DNA of 64,000 bases. Origin: Christensenellaceae bacterium. Lineage in GTDB: Bacteria; Bacillota; Clostridia; Christensenellales; Borkfalkiaceae. The stretch covers positions 7,665 to 71,664 of the forward strand of contig JAZLMI010000005.1 of NCBI GenBank assembly GCA_045598545.1. Reading direction: 5' to 3'. The stretch's first letter is position 1. Each line of letters begins with the position of its first letter. The translations under genes were made by a program, and so were the position numbers. Shown piece by piece: positions 48,052 to 56,938 of this stretch. The notes under the pieces are model-generated. The model was not told where the DNA came from, did not search any database, and saw only the letters and a list, made by a program, of their open reading frames with translations.

Positions 48052-49668
48052 TTATAATCCCTTCACGTCGGTAATCAAATTCAACGAGAAGTTTTCAAGA
48101 TATTCTTTTAATTCCTTCAAGAATCTGGAAGCGGGAGCACCGTCTAACGCCCTGTGGTCGTAAGAAAGGGACAAACTCATAGCAGTATACGGAATAATCT
48201 CTCCGTTCTTTCCGAGTTTTACTCTCGTTTCCAAAGTATTTACACCGAGTATTCCCGTTTGAGGAGGATTAACTACCGGCGTGAAACTTTCTATTCCCAT
48301 AGTACCTACGTTACTTACGGTAAAGCTTCCACCAGTCAAAAGGTCAGGGGTAATTTTTCCGTCGATAGCGTCTTGGGAAAGTTTTTTACTCTTAGATGCG
48401 ATTTCGGACAAACTCATAGTATCAGCACCGAAGAGCGTGGGAACTAAAAGTCCTCTCGGAGTGTCGGTAGCAATACCGATATTAGTGTGTTCAAAATAAC
48501 GCATAGTGTCGCCGTTTATTAAGTTAGCGTTCAAATCTCTATGATTTTTAAGAACTCTCGATACTGCAAATACTATAATGTTGTTTATAGTAATCGAAGG
48601 AAGTTTTAATTTTTCAGCATTATCTTTCAAGAACTTTCTGAATTCCGTAACGTTGGTGCAATCGAAAGATAAAGTATGAGTAAGTTGTGCCATAGTAGAA
48701 AGCGAAAGCACCATATTTTTAGCGATAACCTTTCTGATATTAGACATCTTTTCATCTTTATACGCATTAACGTCAACGGGAGCGGAAACGGTTTCTTTTG
48801 TTTCGGTTACCGTTTCAACCGCTTTCGGATTTACAGAAGCTTCTCTGATATCTCTTTCTATAATTCTACCGTTAGGTCCTGTACCTACTGCCGATTTTAA
48901 ATCTACGCCCAACTTATTAGCCAAATTCTTTGCTCTTGGAGAAGCAAAGATTTTTCCGTCCGAATTAGTTTGAACGGGAGCGGAATTAACCGGTTTATCG
49001 GAAGCGGGAGCGGAAACGGTTTTGATTTCTTCAACTGGGGAGGAAGAAACGCCTGCACTCTTAAAGCAAGAAACGTCTACTCCGTGTTCGCCGATAGCAA
49101 GAACGTTATTGCCTACGGGAACTTCGTCGCCTTCGTTATAGAATATTCCCAAAACTTCGCCTTCTATTTCAGACTCTTCTTCAAAAGAAGATTTATCCGT
49201 TTCATAAGCGAAAAGTTTATCGCCCTTTTTAATCTTGTCTCCGACTTTAACCAAAATTTTAGTTAAAATACAACTTTCAACGGTTATACCGGACTTCGGC
49301 ATAGTTATCGGAGTTGCTTTTATATCTTTGGGAATTTCTGGAACAGCGGTAGGTTTCACTTCTTCTTTAACTTCTTCCGCTTTTACCTCGGTACTTGCAC
49401 CGCTTGGAGCAAAAGAAGAAACGTCTTCGCCTTTTTTACCTATAACCATAACGTTTGTTAAAACAGGAACTTCATCGCCTTCGTTATAAAAAGTAGCAAG
49501 GACTTCTCCGTCTACTTCGGAAGCAAAATCTATAGAAGACTTGTCCGTTTCAAAAGAGAATAAAATATCTCCTTTTTTTACAACGTCGCCGACTTTTACG
49601 TTCCATTTGGTTAAAATACAACTTTCAACCGTAATGCCTTGTTTTGGCATCAATACTGGATTTGCCAT
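48052..49668 (-). CDS. Dihydrolipoamide acyltransferase (E2) with two lipoyl domains
   Basis: Two lipoyl domains (ETDKS at both), a subunit-binding domain (ASPRAKNLA..LGVDL....GTGP.GRI), and a catalytic DHRALDG motif. Confidence 0.93.
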   Translation of the reverse strand: MANPVLMPKQGITVESCILTKWNVKVGDVVKKGDILFSFETDKSSIDFASEVDGEVLATFYNEGDEVPVLTNVMVIGKKGEDVSSFAPSGASTEVKAEEVKEEVKPTAVPEIPKDIKATPITMPKSGITVESCILTKILVKVGDKIKKGDKLFAYETDKSSFEEESEIEGEVLGIFYNEGDEVPVGNNVLAIGEHGVDVSCFKSAGVSSSPVEEIKTVSAPASDKPVNSAPVQTNSDGKIFASPRAKNLANKLGVDLKSAVGTGPNGRIIERDIREASVNPKAVETVTETKETVSAPVDVNAYKDEKMSNIRKVIAKNMVLSLSTMAQLTHTLSFDCTNVTEFRKFLKDNAEKLKLPSITINNIIVFAVSRVLKNHRDLNANLINGDTMRYFEHTNIGIATDTPRGLLVPTLFGADTMSLSEIASKSKKLSQDAIDGKITPDLLTGGSFTVSNVGTMGIESFTPVVNPPQTGILGVNTLETRVKLGKNGEIIPYTAMSLSLSYDHRALDGAPASRFLKELKEYLENFSLNLITDVKGL

Positions 49669-49701
49669 TTATTTTCTCCTTTAATTATTATAATAAAAAA
49701 A

Positions 49702-50973
49702 CTAAATTTTCTTTGCATTTTTAAGAACGTACTTTTCTGCTTCGTCGTTCCAAATTCCGTTGTGCTTATCACATATATCGGCAAGGTCTTTAAAGAATTT
49801 ATCCGTTTCGCCCAACTTTCTAAAATCTGCAATAGCAGTCATAGGCATAGATATATGAGTATAAACTAACTTTTTAGCACCCTTAATATTAGGTAAGTTC
49901 AAAACGGTATCTACCGCACTGTCTAATCCGCCGACGTGGGAAATCATAATAGAAGGATTTATCCTTCCTTCGCCCGCCATACGAATTGCCTCTTTTAAAT
50001 CTTCCGTGTTTCCACCCGAAGTTCCGGTAATTCTATGGAACGCATAGTGAACGTCGTAGAAATTAAAGTTTGCGGAAAAATCCGTCTTTATAGGACCGGC
50101 AAAGAAGTTTAAGCATCCGCCTTCTCCCAAAAGTTTATCGCCTTGTTCTACAAGTGCCGAAACAGGTGCATAAACGAACACATCGTCAAATCCTTTTCCA
50201 CCGTTTAATTCTTTCATATAAGCAACGGGGTCTTCTACCGTAGACGTATTTACGTATACGAGTTTAACTCCGTTTTTAGCAGCCTCCTCTACCGTAAGAA
50301 GAGTGGAAGCCCTATCGAGTCTTGCTTGGTCGATATCGGTAACGACCATTAAAGACGGTTTTCTATCGCAATGAATACCGTAATCTACGCAACCGAGTCC
50401 CATAGGTCCAACGCCTGCTAAAATAGCAACCGCTCCGCCTTCTTTAATTCCCATAACGTGAGTATGGTTTTCGTACTTTGTATGATAATTTTCGTGATAA
50501 CCTGCAATTATACAAGACATAGGTTCTGCAAGAGAAGCCTTATAGTAACTTTCGCCTTCATAAGAAAGAAGACAACCTTTTTCCATAAATTCATTAGGAA
50601 TAATAACGTATTGAGAATCCCCGCCGATATAACGGTAAGAATATCCCGGAGCCCCGAGTCCGTTCATAACGGGCTTATAGTCTACTGCCGGTTGAATACC
50701 GAACTTACTTCCCTCCTTATATTTTCCTTGCCATTTTTTTCCGACCTTAACTATATCTCCGCAAAATTCGTGTCCCACAATAACAGGATTTGTCGCAATA
50801 TCTTTTGGAACTCTCTTGTGATTTTCACCCTGTTCTGCCGCTTTAAAAGTAGACATACAAACACTGTCCGATACGACACGTGCAAGTATTTCATCATCTT
50901 TAATTTCGGGCAACTCAAACTCTTCAAGTCTTAAATCATTTACACCGTAAAGTCTTACTGCTTTGGTTTTCAT
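49702..50973 (-). CDS. Long zinc-dependent MDR dehydrogenase, L-sorbose-1-phosphate reductase (SorE)-like
   Basis: 423 aa. The N-terminus A.RLYG..DLRLE.F.LP...DDEILARVV.DS.C.S..K and GHEF.G match my recollection of SorE-type enzymes. First gene of the E2-E3-E1 operon. Confidence 0.7.
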   Translation of the reverse strand: MKTKAVRLYGVNDLRLEEFELPEIKDDEILARVVSDSVCMSTFKAAEQGENHKRVPKDIATNPVIVGHEFCGDIVKVGKKWQGKYKEGSKFGIQPAVDYKPVMNGLGAPGYSYRYIGGDSQYVIIPNEFMEKGCLLSYEGESYYKASLAEPMSCIIAGYHENYHTKYENHTHVMGIKEGGAVAILAGVGPMGLGCVDYGIHCDRKPSLMVVTDIDQARLDRASTLLTVEEAAKNGVKLVYVNTSTVEDPVAYMKELNGGKGFDDVFVYAPVSALVEQGDKLLGEGGCLNFFAGPIKTDFSANFNFYDVHYAFHRITGTSGGNTEDLKEAIRMAGEGRINPSIMISHVGGLDSAVDTVLNLPNIKGAKKLVYTHISMPMTAIADFRKLGETDKFFKDLADICDKHNGIWNDEAEKYVLKNAKKI

Positions 50974-51007
50974 AAAAATCTCCTTATAATATAATATATT
51001 ATTATAA

Positions 51008-51035
51008 ATTATATCACAATAAAAATAAAATGTAA
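51008..51035 (-). promoter_or_regulatory. Putative promoter of the ADH-E2-E3-E1 operon
   Basis: On the minus strand: TTACAT (51035-51030), 16-nt spacer, TG-extended TATAAT (51013-51008). An AT-rich near-palindrome lies between the -10 and the SD. Confidence 0.4.
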
Positions 51036-51050
51036 CCCCTTTAATTTAAG

Positions 51051-51079
51051 TTGCAAAAAGAATTTTTTTATGATAATAT
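51051..51079 (+). promoter_or_regulatory. Putative promoter of the DeoR regulator gene
   Basis: TTGCAA (51051-51056), 17-nt spacer, TAATAT (51074-51079) preceded by TG. Confidence 0.4.
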
Positions 51080-51139
51080 ATAATCACAAATGAGCATATA
51101 TAATCAAAACTCGAAAGAAAAAACGCAAAAGGAGTTTAT

Positions 51140-51901
51140 ATGTTATTACTTGAAAGACAAGAAGAAATTTTAGAGATATTAAACAGAACGAAGTCGGCAA
51201 CGGTAGAAGAACTCTCTAACGAACTGTTCGTAAGTCCTGCGACCATAAGAAGAGATTTAAGTGCAATGGAAAAGCAGGGGTTAATAAAGCGTTCACACGG
51301 CGGAGCGATGCCGTTTAAATCTTCGGCGGAAGAATCTGCATTTGCAATAAGAGAGCAAGAAAACACCTCTGCAAAAAAAACAATAGCAACCCTTGCGGTA
51401 AAACTCGTCAAAAACGGCGATTCGGTATTTATAGATTCTTCTTCTACTACGGGTTACGTTATACCGCTTTTAAACAACTTAAAGTATCTTTCCGTAACCA
51501 CCACGGGGATAAGAAACGCACTTTTACTATCTCAAACGAACAGCATTAAAATATATATTGCAGGCGGACAAATTCAAAACCACTCGAACTCTATTATCGG
51601 AACGGATACTATGGACTATATTGCTAGAATTCACGCCGATATTTCTCTTATCTCCTGCACGGGATTATCTGCCGAAGCGGGATTTACCGACGCAAGTATA
51701 GAACAGGCAAAATTAAAACAACAAATGCGAAAGAATTCAAATATCGTAGCAATGCTTTGCGATAGTACAAAATTCAATAAAACTTTTCTTTGCTCCGACT
51801 TTATGTTCGACGACATAGATTTTCTTTTAACCGATAAAATACCGCCTGAAAACATTATGGAAAAACTTAAAAACACAAAATGCAAACTAATAACGCCTTA
51901 A
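51140..51901 (+). CDS. DeoR-family transcriptional regulator
   Basis: N-terminal wHTH (R...I...L.......V.ELS..L.VS..TIRRDL) and a C-terminal DeoR sugar-phosphate sensor domain. 253 aa. Confidence 0.92.
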   Translation: MLLLERQEEILEILNRTKSATVEELSNELFVSPATIRRDLSAMEKQGLIKRSHGGAMPFKSSAEESAFAIREQENTSAKKTIATLAVKLVKNGDSVFIDSSSTTGYVIPLLNNLKYLSVTTTGIRNALLLSQTNSIKIYIAGGQIQNHSNSIIGTDTMDYIARIHADISLISCTGLSAEAGFTDASIEQAKLKQQMRKNSNIVAMLCDSTKFNKTFLCSDFMFDDIDFLLTDKIPPENIMEKLKNTKCKLITP

Positions 51902-51910
51902 AAAAGAATA

Positions 51911-51938
51911 AAACGGTTCGAAAACTTTCGAACCGTTT
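51911..51938. terminator. Bidirectional terminator shared by the DeoR gene and the convergent aldolase operon
   Basis: Near-perfect palindrome AAACGGTTCGAAA-AC-TTTCGAACCGTTT, T-rich downstream on plus and A-rich upstream. Confidence 0.75.
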
Positions 51939-51955
51939 AATTTTATTTTATTTTG

Positions 51956-52984
51956 TTATTTCACTGACCTTCTATACTTTTCCGCTTCCCAGTTGTTGAT
52001 AAAATCAACTTCCTTTTCGTTCATAGTATAAACGTTAAGTCCTGCGTTTTTAATAGCGGTAATAACGAATATGTACGCCGAAAGAGTTTCTTCTAAAGTT
52101 GTAGCCTGCTTTATATCGGTATTATAAATCACTTCTTTATCTTTTACCACCAAAGTGTTTGGCGAATGTGCCAAAATATTATTTAAATACACGAGTTGGT
52201 CGGGATACAAAGGCGTTTTATCCAAAAGTGCTTTATCTAAAACGTTATTCTTTACGAAATCCTTTACGATAGGAGTATTAGAAACGAAAGAACTTCCTCT
52301 TTCTACTAAAGTAACTTTTCTAAAATCGTCTTTAAGCCCCAAATAATTTCTTATGGTTTCGTTAACGTCCGAGTTTACGCTTTTTACCCTATTCACGTAA
52401 TCTCCGGTAACAACAAGACCGTGATTTTTCATAAATATAACTTCGGGATACTTACCCGTCTTTTTAACGTACTCGTCTATGGCGTTTTTCATAGCGAGAG
52501 TTAAAGAAAACCCGGGATTGATATACGGTAAGAAAATAAAACCGAAATCTTTATCCTTAAAAAGTTTTTGTGCTAACTTTTCGCCTTCCGCCGAACAAGT
52601 TAAGATATTTGCGTAAACGGAATGAGTATGTATTACGTATTTTTTAAGTATTGCGTGAAATCCTACTTCGACACTCGGACGAAGCGAAGGCATATTCGCA
52701 ATAGCGATGACGGAATTTTTAGAAACTTCCGCACTTTCTTTTTCGTAATCTTTTTCAACCTTTAAATCTACGCTATCGTAGTAGCCCTTAATTTTATCAA
52801 GACTTACCGCAACGAAAGCGGTATCTTCGGAAATGTCTACTAAACGGTAACCTGACGCTTTTATAAGCATAGTACCGTTATTAAAGTTCTTAACCGAAGT
52901 ATTTCCTCCGCCACCCTGCGTGTAATCTACACGACTACCTGCGTATTGTGAAATGTCTATTAATTCCTTAATAGTTTGTTGCAT
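51956..52984 (-). CDS. Class II aldolase/adducin-domain protein of the YuxG/RhaEW N-terminal type
   Basis: 342 aa. GGGGNTSVK motif, HTH metal motif (VIHTHS) and NHG (MKNHGLVVTG). Confidence 0.7.
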   Translation of the reverse strand: MQQTIKELIDISQYAGSRVDYTQGGGGNTSVKNFNNGTMLIKASGYRLVDISEDTAFVAVSLDKIKGYYDSVDLKVEKDYEKESAEVSKNSVIAIANMPSLRPSVEVGFHAILKKYVIHTHSVYANILTCSAEGEKLAQKLFKDKDFGFIFLPYINPGFSLTLAMKNAIDEYVKKTGKYPEVIFMKNHGLVVTGDYVNRVKSVNSDVNETIRNYLGLKDDFRKVTLVERGSSFVSNTPIVKDFVKNNVLDKALLDKTPLYPDQLVYLNNILAHSPNTLVVKDKEVIYNTDIKQATTLEETLSAYIFVITAIKNAGLNVYTMNEKEVDFINNWEAEKYRRSVK

Positions 52985-53014
52985 AATTTCCCCCTATATC
53001 ACATTATAATTTTT

Positions 53015-54304
53015 CTAATTAAGATTAAATGCCTTATTTATATCTTCAACTTCCTTATCGCTGATTTTAACGATATCTCCTATCATTTTGGCGTGAATAA
53101 TAGTGTTTGCGGTAAATTCTGCGACTTCCAAACGGTCGAACGCATTTATAAGCGTGTTACCAGTTGAAATAACGCTATCGTTTTCAACCAAAACAACCGG
53201 AGAATGAGAACAAATCATATCCGAAATAGCTTTCGGGTTAGTAATGTTAGTACCGAACGGAACTCTTCCGATATCTCTCATAGCGATGTAAGACTCGGGA
53301 ATAGTTAAAGAATCTATTTCTGTATGAGTAATAGCAAAAGCCAAAAGATGTTTCGGGTGAGCAACCGTAATTGCGTTAACTTCGGGATGGTCTTTATATA
53401 TCATTTTATGAAGTCCCACCGAACGTGAAGGTGTTTTGCCGGCTTCTCTATAATCGTGTTCAATTCTCACGATATCTTCGGGTTCAATATATTTTCTATC
53501 AACACCGTAAGGAGTAATCAAGAAAGAGTTGTCGTCAAGTCTTACTGAGAACGTTCCCTGAGTACTGGTAAAAAGTCCTTGGTCGTAAGCTCTATGGATT
53601 AACGCACACATTTCCTTTCTTAATCTTCTTTCGTCAGAGCTGTAAGACGTGGGAATAAATTCTCCTAAAGACGTCATACCCTTTCTACCGTTTAATGCGA
53701 TTTGTTCTTCGGTTAAGGGTTCAGCCTTACCCAAAATAGAAGCGGTTATATTTAAAGATGCGATAAAGTTCAAAGTTTCAAAGCGTTTAAATGCTTCGAA
53801 TAAACTGTTAGCACAAGTAATAACCCCGTGATTTTCCATAATAACGACGTTAAGTCCTTTTTTAATTTCGGCGACTATTCTTTGAGCCAAAGCATCAGAC
53901 CCCGGAACTTCGTAAGCGGCAATACCTACCTTACTTATTCCCGAAAGGGCAGAAGGAATAACGTTGATTTCGGGAACTTTTCTTATCAAACTGTAACTAA
54001 CGAGAGCGGGCGGATGTGCGTGTAAAACAGCAGAAACGTCCGAACGGGTTTCGTATACTAATTTATGGAAAGGAAGTTCAACAGAAGGCTTATACTTACC
54101 GATAACAGTACCGTCCGGTAAAACCTTACAAATATCTGCGGGAGTTAAAGAACCCTTGTCAATTCCGGAAGGAGTAATCCAAATATTACCTTCGGAATCT
54201 TTGATGGAAAGGTTTCCACCCGAAGTCGTGGTCAGCCCTTTTTGATAGACTCTGTTAATCAAGAGAACTATTTGTTCAGCAGGATGCATCAAATTAAAAT
54301 TCAT
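53015..54304 (-). CDS. Tandem (duplicated) class II aldolase/adducin-domain protein
   Basis: 429 aa in two homologous halves. Half 1 keeps SGGN, HAH and ENHG. Half 2 has TQGT, VAH and ENDS instead, so two of the three His ligands are lost. Confidence 0.75.
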   Translation of the reverse strand: MNFNLMHPAEQIVLLINRVYQKGLTTTSGGNLSIKDSEGNIWITPSGIDKGSLTPADICKVLPDGTVIGKYKPSVELPFHKLVYETRSDVSAVLHAHPPALVSYSLIRKVPEINVIPSALSGISKVGIAAYEVPGSDALAQRIVAEIKKGLNVVIMENHGVITCANSLFEAFKRFETLNFIASLNITASILGKAEPLTEEQIALNGRKGMTSLGEFIPTSYSSDERRLRKEMCALIHRAYDQGLFTSTQGTFSVRLDDNSFLITPYGVDRKYIEPEDIVRIEHDYREAGKTPSRSVGLHKMIYKDHPEVNAITVAHPKHLLAFAITHTEIDSLTIPESYIAMRDIGRVPFGTNITNPKAISDMICSHSPVVLVENDSVISTGNTLINAFDRLEVAEFTANTIIHAKMIGDIVKISDKEVEDINKAFNLN

Positions 54305-54368
54305 AATAAAACCTCTAAAAATTTTCTACCACTTTTCCCCAAAACACTAATACGATTAGTAAATAAAG

Positions 54369-55145
54369 TTACATTTGTTGTCCGCCGGTAACGTTTATGG
54401 CTTGACCGGTCATATAAGAAGAATAATCGGAAGCTAAAAACACCATAGCGTTTTCGATATCTTCATATTCGCAAGAACGTTTCATAGGAACTTGGTTTAT
54501 GTATTTTTCTCTTACTTGTTCTTCGGTTATGCCTTGATTTGCGGCATATTGTTTAAACAAACTGTTAACCCAAAGCGGACTGTTCAACATATTTCCGGGG
54601 CAAATACAATTAACTCTTACTCCGCTTTCTGCGAATTCTAATGCTAAGCTTTGCGTAAGACCTACTCCGCCGAATTTACTTGCGGCATAAGCACCGTTTT
54701 TAAAACTTCCTTTTCTTCCCGATTTAGAGTTGATTTGGATAATACTACCGGATTTTCTTTCAAGCATAGAAGGAGCGAAAGCCTTTACTACGTTAAAATA
54801 ACCGTTTAAGTTTACGTTAGTTACTTGAGCGAACATAGCGGGAGTAAGATTATAAATATCTCCACTCTTAACTATTCCCGCATTAGAAACTAAAACATCA
54901 ACCTTTCCCCATTTATCGAGAACGGTTTTAGCCATAGTTTCACACTGTTCGAAATTAGTTACGTCTACCGGAATAGCGATAGCGTCTTTAAGTTTAGAAG
55001 CAACGGCTTTTGCACCTTCTATATTAAAATCGCAAACTGCAACTTTGCAACCTTCTTTGTCTAAACGGATAGCAAGAGCTTCTCCTAAACCTTGACTTGC
55101 ACCGGTAACAACCGCTACTTTTCCTTTTAAATTAAGTTCTCCCAT
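54369..55145 (-). CDS. SDR oxidoreductase, sorbitol-6-phosphate 2-dehydrogenase (SrlD)-like
   Basis: TGASQGLG, NAG, and IIQINSKSG.KGS..N..Y.A.KFGGVGLTQSLALE.AE.G..V. The C-terminus INVTGGQ.M closely parallels E. coli SrlD. Confidence 0.85.
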   Translation of the reverse strand: MGELNLKGKVAVVTGASQGLGEALAIRLDKEGCKVAVCDFNIEGAKAVASKLKDAIAIPVDVTNFEQCETMAKTVLDKWGKVDVLVSNAGIVKSGDIYNLTPAMFAQVTNVNLNGYFNVVKAFAPSMLERKSGSIIQINSKSGRKGSFKNGAYAASKFGGVGLTQSLALEFAESGVRVNCICPGNMLNSPLWVNSLFKQYAANQGITEEQVREKYINQVPMKRSCEYEDIENAMVFLASDYSSYMTGQAINVTGGQQM

Positions 55146-55166
55146 TTTTTATCTCCTTAAATTTTT

Positions 55167-56432
55167 TTATTTTTTTACGGTATCTCTACCGATTTTGGCA
55201 AATTTCAATATTCTTTCCTGTAAAGAAGGCGTTTCCTTTATAGATTTAGAAGAGAACATACCGTATTCTAAACCTTTTTCGGAAGAAATATACTCGTGTC
55301 CGATAAGTGCCCAAGTGGAATCTATCAAGTGTGAATAATCGGGATTAGCAAGAGCCTTACATTCGAAAAGTTGTCTTGGCGAATTTATATCTTCTCCGCT
55401 GATTTGGAAAAAGTCCATATCTTTACAATAACCTATTACCCTATCGAGTTGAGCCTTAGTGTTTCTAGTCGGCATATAAGCAATAGCAAGTATTCCTATC
55501 TTTTTAATTTCTTCTAAAAGTTCTGGTAAGAAATCGTCTTCGAATTTTTGTGCTTTTTTATCTCCCGTAACCGAATCTCCAACGTCCCCTAAATATGCGT
55601 AAGCGGGAATAGCCCCGAATTTAATTGCGGTCTTTACGAAATCTTCTGCATACGGCATTTCTTCGTCGGCATCTATATAAAAGAATTTAGTGTCCGCTTT
55701 AAGAACGCCTAAAAGGTCGTATAAAAAGTGCGGATTTTCCTTATCCAACAAATATCCTTTAACCTTATCCGAAACAGCGAGATTTAAGTCGTTTTGTAAA
55801 AAATCTATTAAATCTTGACTCCTCCCAAACCTGTCGCCGAGTTTAATAGCGAGTGCATATAATAAATGCCTTTCGGTTATACTTCCGCCTAAGTTCGCTT
55901 GAGAAATAGGATATACGTCTTTTTTAAAGTCCAAAGAAAGTCCGAACTTACCGTATTTTTCGGTAATAAGTTCGCACATTTTAGCATCTCTTTCATATCT
56001 TTTTTTACGGAATCCCGACAAATATTCGTTAAAAGGTTTAACGCTTTCTCTTGGAATACCGTGAGCCGCCATATAAATACAGTCGGCTTGGTCTGGGTGA
56101 TTTATTTTCCCGAATCCCCTGTTGAATTTAGCCCTAACTTCAACACCCGAAGTCGCACCCAAATTCAATATAGTGCAGGCCTTTTTAAATTCTTCTACAC
56201 CCGAAAGTGAGTCGTGGTCCATAATTCCGGCACTAGTAAGTCCCGCACGGTAAACCATATAAGCGGCCTTAGTCGGAGAATAAGGCGAAAAAGAAAATAT
56301 CGTGTGAATATGATTATTAGCGTCGTTATCTCTAACAACGGGTTTTTCTTCCCCCTTCAATATTTGTTGAAGAGCAGAAAGTCTGTCTTCTTTATTACTT
56401 GCATTTAAATTTTCAAAAAGTTGTTTGTCCAT
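55167..56432 (-). CDS. PHP-domain (polymerase/histidinol phosphatase-like) metal-dependent phosphoesterase, long form
   Basis: N-terminal H.H motif (NNHIHTIFS) followed by MDHDS. 421 aa. First gene of the operon. Confidence 0.65.
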   Translation of the reverse strand: MDKQLFENLNASNKEDRLSALQQILKGEEKPVVRDNDANNHIHTIFSFSPYSPTKAAYMVYRAGLTSAGIMDHDSLSGVEEFKKACTILNLGATSGVEVRAKFNRGFGKINHPDQADCIYMAAHGIPRESVKPFNEYLSGFRKKRYERDAKMCELITEKYGKFGLSLDFKKDVYPISQANLGGSITERHLLYALAIKLGDRFGRSQDLIDFLQNDLNLAVSDKVKGYLLDKENPHFLYDLLGVLKADTKFFYIDADEEMPYAEDFVKTAIKFGAIPAYAYLGDVGDSVTGDKKAQKFEDDFLPELLEEIKKIGILAIAYMPTRNTKAQLDRVIGYCKDMDFFQISGEDINSPRQLFECKALANPDYSHLIDSTWALIGHEYISSEKGLEYGMFSSKSIKETPSLQERILKFAKIGRDTVKK

Positions 56433-56464
56433 CTAATATCCCTACTTTCAAAACATTAACTATA

Positions 56465-56493
56465 ATTATAATCTTATTTTATATCCCCGTCAA
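56465..56493 (-). promoter_or_regulatory. Sigma-A promoter of the PHP-SDR-aldolase operon
   Basis: On the minus strand: TTGACG (56493-56488), 17-nt spacer, TATAAT (56470-56465). Confidence 0.6.
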
Positions 56494-56603
56494 GTGGTTT
56501 TTTTAATTAAATAGGGTAAATAATCCCAAAAATTCTTTTAAAAAGAAAAAATCCCCCTGATTTCATAAAATCAAGAGAACCCTACCTCTTTTGCGAACTT
56601 CAA

Positions 56604-56702
56604 TTAAAATCTGTTGTAGTTATTATTTGTTAATATCCAAGCAAGCGTAATCGCATCGATTTTATTAACGAAATTTTCGCAATCTAAAAGAAATTTTGCC
56701 AT
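56604..56702 (-). CDS. Small ORF (32 aa), unknown function
   Basis: Not in the track. GGAGG lies 8 nt upstream of the ATG at 56702. Peptide: MAKFLLDCENFVNKIDAITLAWILTNNNYNRF. It is preceded by TTGACG-16-TATAAT and followed by an AT-rich hairpin plus a U-run. Confidence 0.4.
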   Translation of the reverse strand: MAKFLLDCENFVNKIDAITLAWILTNNNYNRF

Positions 56703-56825
56703 AATATTTACCTCCTATTTTTATATTTCATCTCTCCCTATCATAAAAACCAAAAGTAAATAAATGATTAAATTGTGTTAAAAATTCTCATTTGGAATTT
56801 TCAATTATAATTATACTCTAAAAAC

Positions 56826-56855
56826 AAATCCCGTCAACTGTTTTTGACGGGATTT
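56826..56855. terminator. Strong intrinsic terminator after upp
   Basis: Stem AAATCCCGTCAA/TTGACGGGATTT (12 bp) with a 6-nt loop. On the minus strand it is followed by UUGUUUUU. Confidence 0.8.
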
Positions 56856-56938
56856 TGTTACTTTTTTGAAATTTTATAACAATTTTTTGTTATATGTGTT
56901 AATTTTTAACAAACATTTTAACATTTTAACAAAATTTA

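Noticed and set aside
56870-56935. AT-rich direct repeats (CATTTTAA CATTTTAA) and short palindromes downstream of upp, considered as operators or an sRNA.
   Set aside because: They are indistinguishable from low-complexity AT-rich spacer sequence, with no adjacent promoter or target gene logic. I mention them only within the spacer finding.
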